Shown here one piece after another: positions 1 through 10,200 of a stretch of DNA of 32,000 bases; position 1 is the stretch's first letter, and each line of letters begins with the position of its first letter. A program made the position numbers and the translations under genes. Source of the DNA: Bdellovibrionales bacterium (lineage in GTDB: Bacteria; Bdellovibrionota; Bdellovibrionia; Bdellovibrionales; UBA1609). The DNA lies in the NCBI GenBank assembly GCA_963692945.1, contig OY843585.1, forward strand, positions 60,001-92,000, read 5' to 3'. The notes below the pieces were generated by a model. That model made no database searches. It saw only the letters and a program-made list of their open reading frames with translations, and was not told the DNA's origin.

Positions 1-1874
1 GCATTAGCCATAAAAAGAGCCAAAGTCACCCCTGTAATAAGTGCTCCTGCCAAAGTTCCACCAAGAGTGCTAGGACCTAAAAGAAACCCTATAACAACAG
101 GAGATACAATAGCTATTAAACCTGGCAAAATCATTTCTCTTAAAGCAGCCTTTGTAGATATTTCCACACACCTTGTTGTATCAGGTTCCGCATGTCCTTC
201 CAATAAACCTTTAATTTCCCTAAATTGTCTTCTGATCTCTTCAACCATTTTACTAGCAGCCCTACCTACAGAAGTCATAGTTAAACTTCCACAAAATAAA
301 ACAACCATTGCTCCTAAAAATAGACCTGTTACAACTTTAGGATCAGTAATATCCATAGACAATTCTTGTCCTGAACCTAAAACAACAGATTGTTTAAAAG
401 CCACAAAAAGAGCAAGAGCCGTTAAAGCAGCAGAACCAATAGCAAAACCTTTACCTATAGCGGCTGTTGTATTTCCTAGAGCATCTAAACTGTCTGTAAT
501 TTTTCTCACTTCAGGGCCTAAACCACTCATTTCTGTAATACCACCCGCATTATCTGCTACAGGACCATAAGCGTCTATTGTCATCGTTACACCAACTGTT
601 GCCAACATACCTACAGCCGCAATCGCGATACCGTATAGACCACAAAATAAATAAGAAGTCATAATAATAACAGAAATTAAAAAGAGAGGAATCGTACAAG
701 ATTCTAAACCAAGAGCCACCCCAGAAATAATATTTGTTGCTGGGCCCGTTTTAGAAGCTTCTGCAACTCTATAAACAGGTTTCCCTGCTGTATAATATTC
801 TGTCACTTTACCAATAAGAATCCCTCCAATCTGACCAAGGAAAACAACTAAACACAATTTGTACCCACCATCACAAATTAAAATAATACTTAATCCAAAA
901 ACTAAAAATAAAAAGCCTGAGGTTAATTCCGCTCCTGTCAAAGCAAGAGATGGTTTTAGTTTTTTAAACAAATTCATTCCAAAAATACCAACAAGAGAAG
1001 AAAGCAAGCCTACACTTGCTAACCAAATGGGAAGAACCATTAAGAATTTTTGAGAGGTGTTTGGAAAAGTGGAAAGTAAATCTGCTTGATTCATGGTTGC
1101 TGCAATTGTAATGGAAGCAACCATTGCTCCTACATAAGATTCAAAAATATCAGCACCCATACCTGCAACATCTCCCACATTATCTCCTACATTATCGGCA
1201 ATGACACCAGGGTTCCTAGGGTCATCTTCTGGAATACCAGCTTCTATTTTACCGACAAGATCAGATCCAACATCGGCTGCCTTTGTGAAAATTCCACCAC
1301 CAATTCGTGCAAAAAGAGCAATGGAAGAAGCACCCACAGAAAATCCTGAAATCACAGAAAGAATATTAGAATTTTTAAGAAACTCTCCTATGGACATATC
1401 CCCTAAAGTGCATGTCATTAAAATATACAAGCCTCCTAATCCCAACAAACCAAAACTAGCCACAGACAATCCCATGACAGCCCCACCATTAAAGGCAATG
1501 AGAAGAGCTTTACCTATACCTGATTCTTTAGCCGCTTGAGCCGTTCTTACATTTCCTCTTGTGGCTGCTTTCATACCTATAAAACCTGCAAAAGCAGAAC
1601 AACAAGCTCCAAAAATAAAAGCTAAACTTGTGTGCCATGTAAATCCAAAATACAAAAGAACAGCGACAACTAAAATAAAAATTCCTAAACGACTGTATTC
1701 GGCTTTTAAAAAAGCCATTGAGCCTTGATGAATGCTCTCTGCAATTTTTTGCATCTTCTCAGAACCAGAAGACTGTTTTTTTATATGAACATAAAGACCA
1801 TAAGCCACTAACAAACCAGCCAAACCAGCCATAGCAACAATAGCTACATTTTGATTATAAAGTATTTCAAACAT
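1..1874 (-). CDS. hppA: Membrane-bound pyrophosphate-energised cation pump (M-PPase); 3' end lies beyond the window edge
   Basis: Absent from the ORF track because the frame stays open to position 1. Reverse-strand translation from ATG (1874-1872) reads [21 protein letters not shown]... It contains the family signatures [44 protein letters not shown] and [21 protein letters not shown]. The + strand ORFs at 67-570, 859-1053, 1086-1349 and 1201-1539 are antisense shadows of it. Confidence 0.9.
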   Translation of the reverse strand, partial: MFEILYNQNVAIVAMAGLAGLLVAYGLYVHIKKQSSGSEKMQKIAESIHQGSMAFLKAEYSRLGIFILVVAVLLYFGFTWHTSLAFIFGACCSAFAGFIGMKAATRGNVRTAQAAKESGIGKALLIAFNGGAVMGLSVASFGLLGLGGLYILMTCTLGDMSIGEFLKNSNILSVISGFSVGASSIALFARIGGGIFTKAADVGSDLVGKIEAGIPEDDPRNPGVIADNVGDNVGDVAGMGADIFESYVGAMVASITIAATMNQADLLSTFPNTSQKFLMVLPIWLASVGLLSSLVGIFGMNLFKKLKPSLALTGAELTSGFLFLVFGLSIILICDGGYKLCLVVFLGQIGGILIGKVTEYYTAGKPVYRVAEASKTGPATNIISGVALGLESCTIPLFLISVIIMTSYLFCGLYGIAIAAVGMLATVGVTMTIDAYGPVADNAGGITEMSGLGPEVRKITDSLDALGNTTAAIGKGFAIGSAALTALALFVAFKQSVVLGSGQELSMDITDPKVVTGLFLGAMVVLFCGSLTMTSVGRAASKMVEEIRRQFREIKGLLEGHAEPDTTRCVEISTKAALREMILPGLIAIVSPVVIGFLLGPSTLGGTLAGALITGVTLALFMAN

Positions 1875-2222
1875 AGGGTTACCTCTTTCTAATTATCTTA
1901 ATTTAAATTTTTAACAAGATTTTTTTTAACTTGTCTATCTAAAAGAAACAATCTCCTCTTTTGAACAAAAAGTTATAGAAAAAGAACTCCTCAAAATCTA
2001 TAAAAACATCTTTCTTGTTTAGCCACAAAAGCGAAATTTAATAAAAATTATTCCAGTTTTTACGCAATAAGTTAAACATCTAAAACTCCATAAAAAACTA
2101 GAAAAAACCAACCTTTTAGATAATTTTTCTAAATGAGAACTTGATTCCTCCCCACTCTATAGTCCGTTTTAGTATTTCTCTTCTTTTTCTTTTTGTCACT
2201 AGAAGGTAAGATTGTATTCATT

Positions 2223-2606
2223 ATGAGTTACGATTTTTACCGTATTTTACACCTTATATTCCTCTTCTTTTTCTTTTTGTCCTTAGGAGGACTTTGGTTA
2301 TTTTATAATCTAGATACAACTGGAAACAAAAAACTCAAGAAAATTTTGATGGGAATACATGGTTTAAGCCTCTTTGTTATTTTTGTGGCTGGGTTTGGCC
2401 TCATCGCAAAATTAAAAATCCCATCTCCATGGCCTTTTTGGATTTATATCAAGATGCTTATTTGGCTATTTTTAGGTTTATCCCCTATTTTTCTTAAACG
2501 AGATTGGTCTAAAATATTATCTAAAAAATGGAGCCCATTGATTTCTCTGGGTCTCTTTTTTGTCCTCATTATAGTGGCTGTTACAGCGGTTCGCCTGAAA
2601 TACTAA
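2223..2606 (+). CDS. Small polytopic membrane protein (about 4 TM helices), function unknown
   Basis: ORF 2193-2606. I prefer the ATG at 2223 because of a GAAGG about 13 nt upstream. The product has hydrophobic helices (ILHLIFLFFFFLSLGGLWLF, LSLFVIFVAGFGLIA, MLIWLFLGLSPIF, LISLGLFFVLIIVAV). Confidence 0.55.
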   Translation: MSYDFYRILHLIFLFFFFLSLGGLWLFYNLDTTGNKKLKKILMGIHGLSLFVIFVAGFGLIAKLKIPSPWPFWIYIKMLIWLFLGLSPIFLKRDWSKILSKKWSPLISLGLFFVLIIVAVTAVRLKY

Positions 2607-3007
2607 GGAATTTGAACTGTCTTATTGGAATAAAAAACCTTTATGGGTTTTTGCTCCTTACAGCTCCAAAGATATTTCTCTAAATTATTTTTAACTTGGT
2701 TTACAATTTTTTCACAAAAAACCAACCAATTTGCTTGAGCTATGACATCATCTTGCCCTTGCCGAGAATAGATTGCGATATACTTACTTTTTTCTCCTTG
2801 AGAAACTTTATGAATCCTAAGAGTTCTAAAGTGAATACCTGTCGCTCTTTTTTGCTGACAAATCATGAATTTCTCAGTGAGTAATTCTAAACTGAAACTT
2901 TCTAAAGAGAGAAAAAAAATCAAAAATGGGAATATAAAATTCCTAACATTTTTTAACCTTTGGTTTGGTAAATTTTCTCTGCTTTTTAAAGATTTTCTAG
3001 AACTCAT
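2603..3007 (-). CDS. Hypothetical protein
   Basis: 134-aa ORF with no motif I recognise. Its stop overlaps the stop of the convergent 2223-2606 gene. An internal start (MICQQKR, 2866) is possible. Confidence 0.3.
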   Translation of the reverse strand: MSSRKSLKSRENLPNQRLKNVRNFIFPFLIFFLSLESFSLELLTEKFMICQQKRATGIHFRTLRIHKVSQGEKSKYIAIYSRQGQDDVIAQANWLVFCEKIVNQVKNNLEKYLWSCKEQKPIKVFYSNKTVQIP

Positions 3008-3048
3008 ACAATGAATTTAAAAAAGTCTGGATTAAAAAACAAATGTTT

Positions 3049-3318
3049 TTATCTAGAAAACAAAGATTTTTTCTTAGGCTTAGTCACTTTTTTCTTTTCT
3101 TTAGAAGGAACCGATTGAAGCAACTTAACATTTGAATAATCAATAAACCCTTCTCTTTTTAATAGACCTTCTTTTTTATCAAACAAAGTTTGAATATGAA
3201 TATCTTTCACTCTGATTTTTCTTTTGATGGGATTCACCTCTAAAACAGAACCTTTTCGTCCCTTATCCTTGCCCGTAATAACTTTAACCTCATCCCCTAA
3301 TTTAATTTTTAATTTCAT
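3049..3318 (-). CDS. KOW-domain protein resembling ribosomal protein L24, with a lysine-rich C-terminal tail
   Basis: Internal ATG at 3318 is preceded by a strong AGGAG (8-nt spacing). MKLKIKLGDEVKVITGKDKGRKGSVLEV...IDYSNVKLL matches the L24 pattern (KIKxGDxVxVIxGKDKGKxGxVL...SNV). The start overlaps the rpmB 3' end by 17 nt. Confidence 0.6.
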   Translation of the reverse strand: MKLKIKLGDEVKVITGKDKGRKGSVLEVNPIKRKIRVKDIHIQTLFDKKEGLLKREGFIDYSNVKLLQSVPSKEKKKVTKPKKKSLFSR

Positions 3319-3631
3319 AATTTTTCTCCTGTGACTTGGCTGGCTTGGCCTTACGCTTCGTTTTTTTAAGAATACGTTTTTGCACAAATAAAGCCTTAGA
3401 TGAGAGGTTTTTTCTAGGTTGTTTCATAACAAAATCATCAAAATTCCCTTGTTTATCAATATTTTTGATAGTACTTACTGCCACTTTAAGCCTTACAAAC
3501 TCATTGAGTTGATGACTAAAGAATCTTTTAGATTGAACATTTGGTAAAGCCCTTGATTTTGTTTTAATATTGGAATGGCTCACCAAATTTTTAACGACTG
3601 GGGATTTACCTGTTAACTCACATCTTGCCAC
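3302..3631 (-). CDS. rpmB: 50S ribosomal protein L28 with a basic C-terminal extension
   Basis: GTG start at 3631 with GGAG 5 nt upstream. N-terminus MARCELTGKSPVVKNLVSHSNIKTKSRALPNVQ matches the L28 signature (MxxxCxxxGKxxxxGxxVSHSNxKTKR). Confidence 0.85.
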   Translation of the reverse strand: MARCELTGKSPVVKNLVSHSNIKTKSRALPNVQSKRFFSHQLNEFVRLKVAVSTIKNIDKQGNFDDFVMKQPRKNLSSKALFVQKRILKKTKRKAKPAKSQEKNYEIKN

Positions 3632-3724
3632 TTAAACTCCTTACTTTGAAATAAGTTTAGTACCAGTTTCTTAGGTTTTTGGCAAATAAATAGTTAAAAT
3701 TATAATCCTTTAAAGAGGAAAAAC

Positions 3725-3753
3725 TTGACTTTAATAGCGTTTGCCCATAAAAA
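3725..3753 (+). promoter_or_regulatory. Possible sigma70-type promoter for the S18-like gene
   Basis: TTGACT (3725-3730), a 17-nt spacer, then TAAAAA (3748-3753), about 50 nt upstream of the ATG at 3804. Such matches arise easily in AT-rich DNA. Confidence 0.3.
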
Positions 3754-3803
3754 ATCATACATAAACTAATGGGGCAACCCTCAAATCAAAAGCAGGCAAA
3801 GTT

Positions 3804-4076
3804 ATGAAGAATTTTTTATCCAATAAAAAAAAGTTTTCTAAAGAAGATGACATTTGTTTTGATTACAAGAACCCCATATCTCTTTGTGATTTTATAGAAG
3901 GGGGGAAAATCTCTCCTGCACGAGTAACCAGTTTAAGACATTGTGAGCAAATGCAACTTCGTAATGCTATAAAAAAAGCTCGTAATCTTGGACTTGTTCC
4001 CACTAGTCACCAAGCTCATGATGAATTTGGAAGAAGATCAGAACTTATTTCTCCTAGACCTTTTAGTTACAAATAA
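3804..4076 (+). CDS. rpsR: 30S ribosomal protein S18-like protein (divergent, stand-alone)
   Basis: DYKNPISLCDFIEGGKISPARVTSL...QLRNAIKKARNLGLVP matches the S18 core (IDYKDxxxLxxFIxExGKIxPxRxTG...AIKRARxLALLPY). It is not next to rpsF, ssb or rplI. Confidence 0.7.
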   Translation: MKNFLSNKKKFSKEDDICFDYKNPISLCDFIEGGKISPARVTSLRHCEQMQLRNAIKKARNLGLVPTSHQAHDEFGRRSELISPRPFSYK

Positions 4077-4083
4077 ATTATTT

Positions 4084-4278
4084 TCAAAATAAAGATAATA
4101 GTGCAAGATTAAACCAACAAGGTTTTTTATTCACATAAGCAACCTCACCTATCAAGTTGAGATGCTTATTTCTCAAATGACTCACTTTAAATTTAGAGCC
4201 ATGATTTTTAACTTCCCAATGACTAGGGTTTAAACCAAAGTCTTTTAGTTGATTTAATAAAACAGAATGTTTTTTCAT
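4084..4278 (-). CDS. Small hypothetical protein
   Basis: ORF 4084-4332. The likely start is MKKHSVLL at 4278. No recognisable motif. Confidence 0.3.
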   Translation of the reverse strand: MKKHSVLLNQLKDFGLNPSHWEVKNHGSKFKVSHLRNKHLNLIGEVAYVNKKPCWFNLALLSLF

Positions 4279-4405
4279 AAAATTCTCCTTTTTTTGTTTA
4301 TACAAATAATCATGCAAAACAAAAGGCACCAACCACTCTCTAAACAGGTTGTAATTTGAATATTTTGACGAAGAATATAAATATCTCTTGGATTTCGGAC
4401 AAAAG

Positions 4406-5017
4406 TTAGTGGTATTTTGAGCAAGACTCAGAAAGTATAGAAAACTTCTTCAATCTTGCTAAAGATATTTTGTTAGAACTTGGTAAATTAGAAAGTGTGG
4501 TTTGTTCAAAAGCTTGAAGTGTTTCTCTACCATACAACAAGATGACTGTCTTTTTGATAGAACAAAACAGGGACATATCTGATGGGCTAAACCAATTGAA
4601 TTTATCCACTTCTCCACTTAGAACTTTTTCTCTCCAAGCCAATTGAGTCATAGTATTTATGCCATTAAACAAATGAACTTTTACTTCCTTTATTTGTGAT
4701 AGATTCACCAAACACTTTGTTGATACAAGTTTAAAGTTTTTTAAAAGACGATTTAAATAAGCAAAATATTCATAGCATGCTCCGGGAGAAACTGTTTCTC
4801 TACAAATTTTCAATAACCTCACCATAAGTGGAAGCCCATAAACTTTATCCTTAGGATCTTTTAAAATAATCCCAGTTTGAATAGATTTAAAATGTTCTAT
4901 TTGTGTATCACAGAATTTATGAGGAGGATCATTTAATAAAATAAAAGCAATCCCTCCACATATAGCAATAAAAGCCACTAAACCTTTTGGTAATGTTTTT
5001 ATTAAATCATCTAACAT
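4406..5017 (-). CDS. Hypothetical N-terminally membrane-anchored, Cys-containing protein
   Basis: 203-aa ORF with one N-terminal TM helix (GLVAFIAICGGIAFILL). It starts 17 nt downstream of the preceding gene on the same strand. Confidence 0.5.
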   Translation of the reverse strand: MLDDLIKTLPKGLVAFIAICGGIAFILLNDPPHKFCDTQIEHFKSIQTGIILKDPKDKVYGLPLMVRLLKICRETVSPGACYEYFAYLNRLLKNFKLVSTKCLVNLSQIKEVKVHLFNGINTMTQLAWREKVLSGEVDKFNWFSPSDMSLFCSIKKTVILLYGRETLQAFEQTTLSNLPSSNKISLARLKKFSILSESCSKYH

Positions 5018-5034
5018 AAAAAATTAAATAGCCC

Positions 5035-5544
5035 TTACAATCTTTGCCCACAGTTTTTATAGTGAGGATTGATAGGGTTGTTCGGCTTATTACCAGATTG
5101 AAACCAAGTGCTTTTGTCTTGAGAGCAATAAAAAATCTTTCCAACTTTATCTTTTTTTAAATCATAAACCTGTGCTAATTCAAAAAAAGAATTAAAAAAC
5201 TTTTTAATAACTCTTTGGTTATTTACACCTTGAGATTGTAAAACGGCTAAATTTTCTTCTATAGATTGCAATAGCTTATAGGAATGTAATCTTTGATGTA
5301 AATGGGGAATAGATGAGACTTGAGTGTAAAGATCCTTGATAATTTGTTTTGTTATTACAGATTCTTTTTGTAGAGATTGTGAATCCCATCCTTCTTGTAT
5401 CACTTTATGAAAGTCTTTTGCTTTAGAAACTAAATCCACAAAATTCTGCTTTAACTGAGGTTTTAATTGAAAAGATTTTTTCGGAATGCTGGAAAAAGCA
5501 TTACAGGAGAAAAAAAGAAACCACACACCAACCAAGACTTTCAT
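5035..5544 (-). CDS. Hypothetical secreted protein
   Basis: 169-aa ORF with a signal-peptide-like N-terminus, MKVLVGVWFLFFSCNAFS. Confidence 0.5.
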   Translation of the reverse strand: MKVLVGVWFLFFSCNAFSSIPKKSFQLKPQLKQNFVDLVSKAKDFHKVIQEGWDSQSLQKESVITKQIIKDLYTQVSSIPHLHQRLHSYKLLQSIEENLAVLQSQGVNNQRVIKKFFNSFFELAQVYDLKKDKVGKIFYCSQDKSTWFQSGNKPNNPINPHYKNCGQRL

Positions 5545-5598
5545 AAATTAAATTTATAAACAGAAATTTTTTAAGTCAATATAAAGTTCTTTTGCTTT

Positions 5599-6924
5599 TT
5601 AAAATTCATAAATACCTGTCAATTTGATACTTGTGTAGGGGCTGGCTTCTTTGAATAAATCTTCTGTGCTTGGACTAGAAATAAAAACTCCCAATACAAG
5701 GTTTAATTCAAACTCCTTGTTAATTTTTTTTGAAAAACTTACATCTATTTCTCTACCTAAAAGCGTTCCAGCCTCTAAAATCTCTTTATCTTCAATAGAA
5801 CTATCTGTAGGTCTTAAAGCAAATCCCTGAGGAGCAAAACGAATATTTCCAGAATTTGTAGAACTCATATTATGGAAAATCAATTTAAAATCAAACAAAT
5901 TGGCAAAAGAAGCTTCATAACCTACATAAAAATAGGTTAAATTCCCCCAGAAAAATAAATTCAAAAGACCTGCATTTTTATAACGATCATAAAACCAAGG
6001 ATTATAATTTTCTGTATCACTATGGTAACCCACAAAAAACCGACTCCCACTCCATTCCAATTGAGAGTAAGCCAACTCTGTATGATACATATTTTGGTCA
6101 GACTTAAACTTAAACCCACTTCCATGGGCTATACCAATCAATTTATAATCTAAATTCAGATTTGTAAGGTTTCCATCTATAGCAATTCCATAACGAGTTG
6201 TTTTTTGAGATGTTGTTTGAGATGTTGTTTGAGAAAGGGAATCCCACAGGTAAACAAGATGCAAGTTCACATGATTTAAAAATTCAGAAACCGAATAAAT
6301 ATCTAAAAAGATTCCCGCTCCATATTTTAAACTGGTTTGTTTTGTAGCACCTATATATGGATTGGGCATATAAGCTCCAAAAGCATCTAGATTGATTAAA
6401 CGGCTACTGTAGTTTATAAATAATCCATCAAAAACATAGGGATAGGGTTCTTCAAAATTAGAAGACATAATTTGATGAAAACTTGTCTCGTAAGGCACTC
6501 GCCCCATACGAAGACTTAACTCCTTAGTGAAAAACCACTTTCCAAACCCATAAAGCTTTATAAAATCTGCTGGATTTTTAGAATCTTCACCAAAAAAAGT
6601 ATAAGACAAAAGCCAAAAGTGTGTCTCAAAAATTTCACTTGGACGAAGAGATCCTTTCAAACGAAAACTTTGATCACTTGAAAATGTTCTCTGATCGGAG
6701 TCTTGAACTTGCCTACTTAAAGTACGCAACCTTAAATAACTCTCAAAATCAATCTGTCCAAAAGACATTAAGGGAATAAAAGATAAAAAGGCTAAGAGTA
6801 TCTTATTAAAGGTTGTGATTTTGTTTGTAATCCTTTTCTTTAGTAGAGTCATTTTATTATAAGCCTTTTTCTCTATAGTCTTTTTCTCTGTAGTTTTTTT
6901 TAGATAAGGCTGTTTCATTTGCAA
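5599..6924 (-). CDS. Putative outer-membrane beta-barrel protein
   Basis: C-terminal ...LTGIYEF has the terminal aromatic typical of OMPs, and the sequence is rich in alternating aromatic/polar beta-strand patterns. The probable true start is M25 (ATG at 6852), giving the signal peptide MTLLKKRITNKITTFNKILLAFLSFIPLMSFGQ. Confidence 0.6.
   Translation of the reverse strand: MQMKQPYLKKTTEKKTIEKKAYNKMTLLKKRITNKITTFNKILLAFLSFIPLMSFGQIDFESYLRLRTLSRQVQDSDQRTFSSDQSFRLKGSLRPSEIFETHFWLLSYTFFGEDSKNPADFIKLYGFGKWFFTKELSLRMGRVPYETSFHQIMSSNFEEPYPYVFDGLFINYSSRLINLDAFGAYMPNPYIGATKQTSLKYGAGIFLDIYSVSEFLNHVNLHLVYLWDSLSQTTSQTTSQKTTRYGIAIDGNLTNLNLDYKLIGIAHGSGFKFKSDQNMYHTELAYSQLEWSGSRFFVGYHSDTENYNPWFYDRYKNAGLLNLFFWGNLTYFYVGYEASFANLFDFKLIFHNMSSTNSGNIRFAPQGFALRPTDSSIEDKEILEAGTLLGREIDVSFSKKINKEFELNLVLGVFISSPSTEDLFKEASPYTSIKLTGIYEF
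6196..6234 (-). repeat. In-frame 12-bp tandem repeat inside the OMP gene (encodes SQTT-SQTT-SQKTT)
   Basis: tgttgtttgaga occurs twice (6211-6222, 6223-6234), plus an imperfect 15-nt copy at 6196-6210. Confidence 0.8.
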
Positions 6925-7010
6925 GCTTTTCCTTTAGCATTTTATCTATTTATCCACAGATTTACTATAAAAGCAAAAATTTACTTTGCAGTATATCTTT
7001 ATCTTTTGTT

Positions 7011-7039
7011 ATATTTCTTTTTTATCAGGGTGTAGTGCA
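7011..7039 (+). repeat. Degenerate duplicate of the tRNA-Pro leader plus the first 14 nt of the tRNA
   Basis: TTTATCAGGGTGTAGTGCA (7021-7039) versus TTTATCGGGGTGTAGCGCA (7101-7119): 17/19 identical and exactly 80 bp apart. The upstream T-rich context is also similar. Confidence 0.6.
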
Positions 7040-7105
7040 AAAAATTTCTATTTCTCAATTTTCTATTTCTCAAATCCACTCATTTTGATATATTACTTTC
7101 TTTAT

Positions 7106-7182
<77 letters not shown>

Positions 7183-7203
7183 TTTTACAAAACTCTAAGT
7201 AAT

Positions 7204-10200
7204 TTATTTTTTTATAAGCCCCATGGAGCAAACAATCCTTGGCTTTTCATTCATCTTCATAGTTTCTTTCTTATTTAAAAGGATTCCATTTTTATTCCTT
7301 TCTAAAGAAACCTTTAGAATTTCATTATCTGATATTTTTTGTCTAAACATTCTTTTTAAAGTATTTTCAGCATCATTAGTTAAGGGGTAATTATACACAT
7401 CATCCATGAGTTGCTCAGTAGCATCTCTTGTTCCTTCTGGTAAATTTTCTAAAACTTTAAAAAGTTTTGCCCTCGGATTTCGACTGGTTCCAAAATTGCC
7501 TTTCATACCAGTCTTTTCATTTGATTTTTGAATGATAGATAAACCTTTCTCAACTATCTCATAATGACTTTCTGTTCTTTTTAAAGACTCTGTTTCAGGT
7601 TCGCATTTTGCCGTTTCTAAAATTTTCATTTGATCTTCTGCAAGACTTTCCCCTTTGTCATTAAGCTGCAACAAGAAGTTATTCACATGAGATTTAGCAA
7701 ACAATAAAACACTTTCAGACTGATTACTCTCTTTAATGGATTTTGATGAATGAACCATGTTAGGCATATTTTTTATTTTTTCTTCTAACGAAGCATCTTT
7801 TTTAATCCCTTTATTCCATATTTCAAGAGCAAAAGAAGATAAATCAATATCTTCTAAGATTTCTTTTTCTAACACTTGAGATTTTTCGCTATATAAATCT
7901 GTCAAGATTTGCTTTTCATTTTCAAAAAATTTCTCATCTGTACCTATAACTTCTGCATTTTCTCTTAAACGATTTTGTATACGATGTTTTAAGTTTATCA
8001 ACTTATCTAAGCCTTCATTAGGCATAAAAGAATAGCAAAATATTTTATCTGCAAGCTGTCCGATCCTATCAACCCTTCCAACTCTTTGAATGAGTTTAAT
8101 AATAGCCCAAGGAAGATCATAATTGATAATAATATTACAATCTTGAAGATTTTGCCCTTCGCTTAAGACATCTGTAGTTATTAAAATATCAATTTCTGGT
8201 TCATTAAGAGAGGACTTGTTACTTTTAGGACTAAACCTTTTAATAGTAGGCTGTATATTATCCATTCCCCCTGTTATTAATTCTAATTTTTTTAACCCTC
8301 TTTTATTCAACTGACTTTCTAAATACTGGGCTGTTTCCCTAGATTGAGTAAATACAATCACCTTCTTATTTTCTTTTTTTAAAAGTGTTTCCAATTTTTT
8401 TAACTTTAAATCAGCCTCAGGATTCCACTCTTCTGAATTTCTTAACAAAGAAATAAATTGCTCTGTATCTTTTTCTAAATCTTCTAGTAATTTATCATTG
8501 AAATAAGTAGAGGATATCCAGCGAATACTTCCACTATTTTTTTCTTTATATTTTTTATAAGATTCCTTTGCTTTTTGATAAAAAGAATCAAAGTCCGTAA
8601 GAAAATAAGCCTTATCTTCATCTTCTTCTAAAAAACCCGTTATGCCACCTTCTGAATCATTAAAAGCATCAGCGACAATATCACTACTTTTATCCCTTAC
8701 TATTAAATCTTCTTGATTTTTAATAGCATAAATAAAAATACAATTCCTTAAAATATGCCTTTGAATAGATTGCAAAAAAGAATAACCACTGCTTTCTAAT
8801 CTTTTAAATAAGTTAATTCTACAAAAACCTTTTGGATGAGCACGAGATTGCTCTAAATCTTGAAATAATTTATTTTCTTCTTTTGATAAATCAGGAAGAT
8901 TTTCCTTCTTATAACTAAATAAATCGTAACGAGCCAGATTAAGATTATTAATTATATCCACAACTTCTTGAGAAAAAAGTTTTTGATATTGCTCATCAAT
9001 ATCATATTTTACAGTTTTAGCCACTCTATCAGGAAAAAATCTTTTATCTCCACTAGATGTTTCTATATAACACCTGCCTTCTGCATTTTCTCTTCCGTAA
9101 TTTTCTTTGATAAAACTTCTTGTTCTTCTAACTAAGAATTGAGCCATAAGTTGTTGCCAGTCCTCTGAGTAATTAGACTTTTCAAAAGCCCTTAATGTTG
9201 AAGTTAAACCTTCAAAGTTTTCCACTTCTTTTAAAAATCGATTAGGCCTAACTCCTAAATTAGCATCAGGGTCAACAAAAAGACCTAATTGACTAGATAA
9301 ATCCTTATAGGTTTTATTATAAGGAGTGGCTGATAATAAAATGCACTTGCTATCATTCTGACTGATATAGTCTCTAATCACTTGATATCTCTTACCTTGA
9401 GGATTTCTTAAATTATGACTCTCATCTATAATAACAATATGATGTCTTTTTAATTCAGGAAGCTTTTTTTGAACTTGACTAATAGGGATAACTTTTCCAC
9501 TCAATACCCATTCCTGCCTATGTTCTTCCCACATTGTTTCAAGATTTTTAGGACACAAAATAAGAGTTTGCCAACCATTTTCTTCTTCAAGAATTTTGGC
9601 TACAGCTATAGCCATTAAAGTTTTTCCTAAACCCACAACATCCCCAATTAACACACCATTTTTATGGACAACATGATGAGTTGCTATACGAACAGCTGCA
9701 GATTGGAACTCAAACAAAGTATCTTTTAATTCTTTTGGTATAAAAAAATCAGTTAATCCTTTTCTAGCATCTTCTGAAAGATGATAAGCCATTTTCATAT
9801 AAATATGATAAGGTTTTATTAAAGACTCTCTTGCCCAACTCTCTTCAATAAGTTTTATAATTTCTTCTGAAATATCAAGACTAAACTGGTCATTCCATTT
9901 ACCTTCAAACCACTTACTTAAGCTATCACAGGATTGCTGGTCTAACACATCTATATTAAGTTCTCCTTGTCTTTCTAAGCCTGCAAGAGTTAAATTGCTA
10001 CTTCCCACAAAGCCAATCTTTCCCGCATAATCTTTTTCATTGAAGGTCAAATAAAGTTTGGCGTGTAGGGGATGACGGGTAAAGCATTTTATAATAACTT
10101 TTTTTTCTTTCAATTGTCTTACTAAATTTCTTAATCCTTTTTCGTCTTCATTTGAGGGATAACCTGTCATAAGCTGGTTTCTAAAATTTTTAATAGTATC

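Noticed and set aside
67-1539. Four + strand ORFs (67-570, 859-1053, 1086-1349, 1201-1539)
   Set aside because: They lie antisense to a continuous reverse-strand frame encoding an unmistakable membrane pyrophosphatase. Their low-complexity Pro/Ile/Ala-rich products are typical shadow ORFs.
2601-2606. Convergent genes with overlapping stop codons (also at 24541-24544)
   Set aside because: This is real, but it is a trivial consequence of compact gene packing. No hairpin or terminator structure is associated with it.
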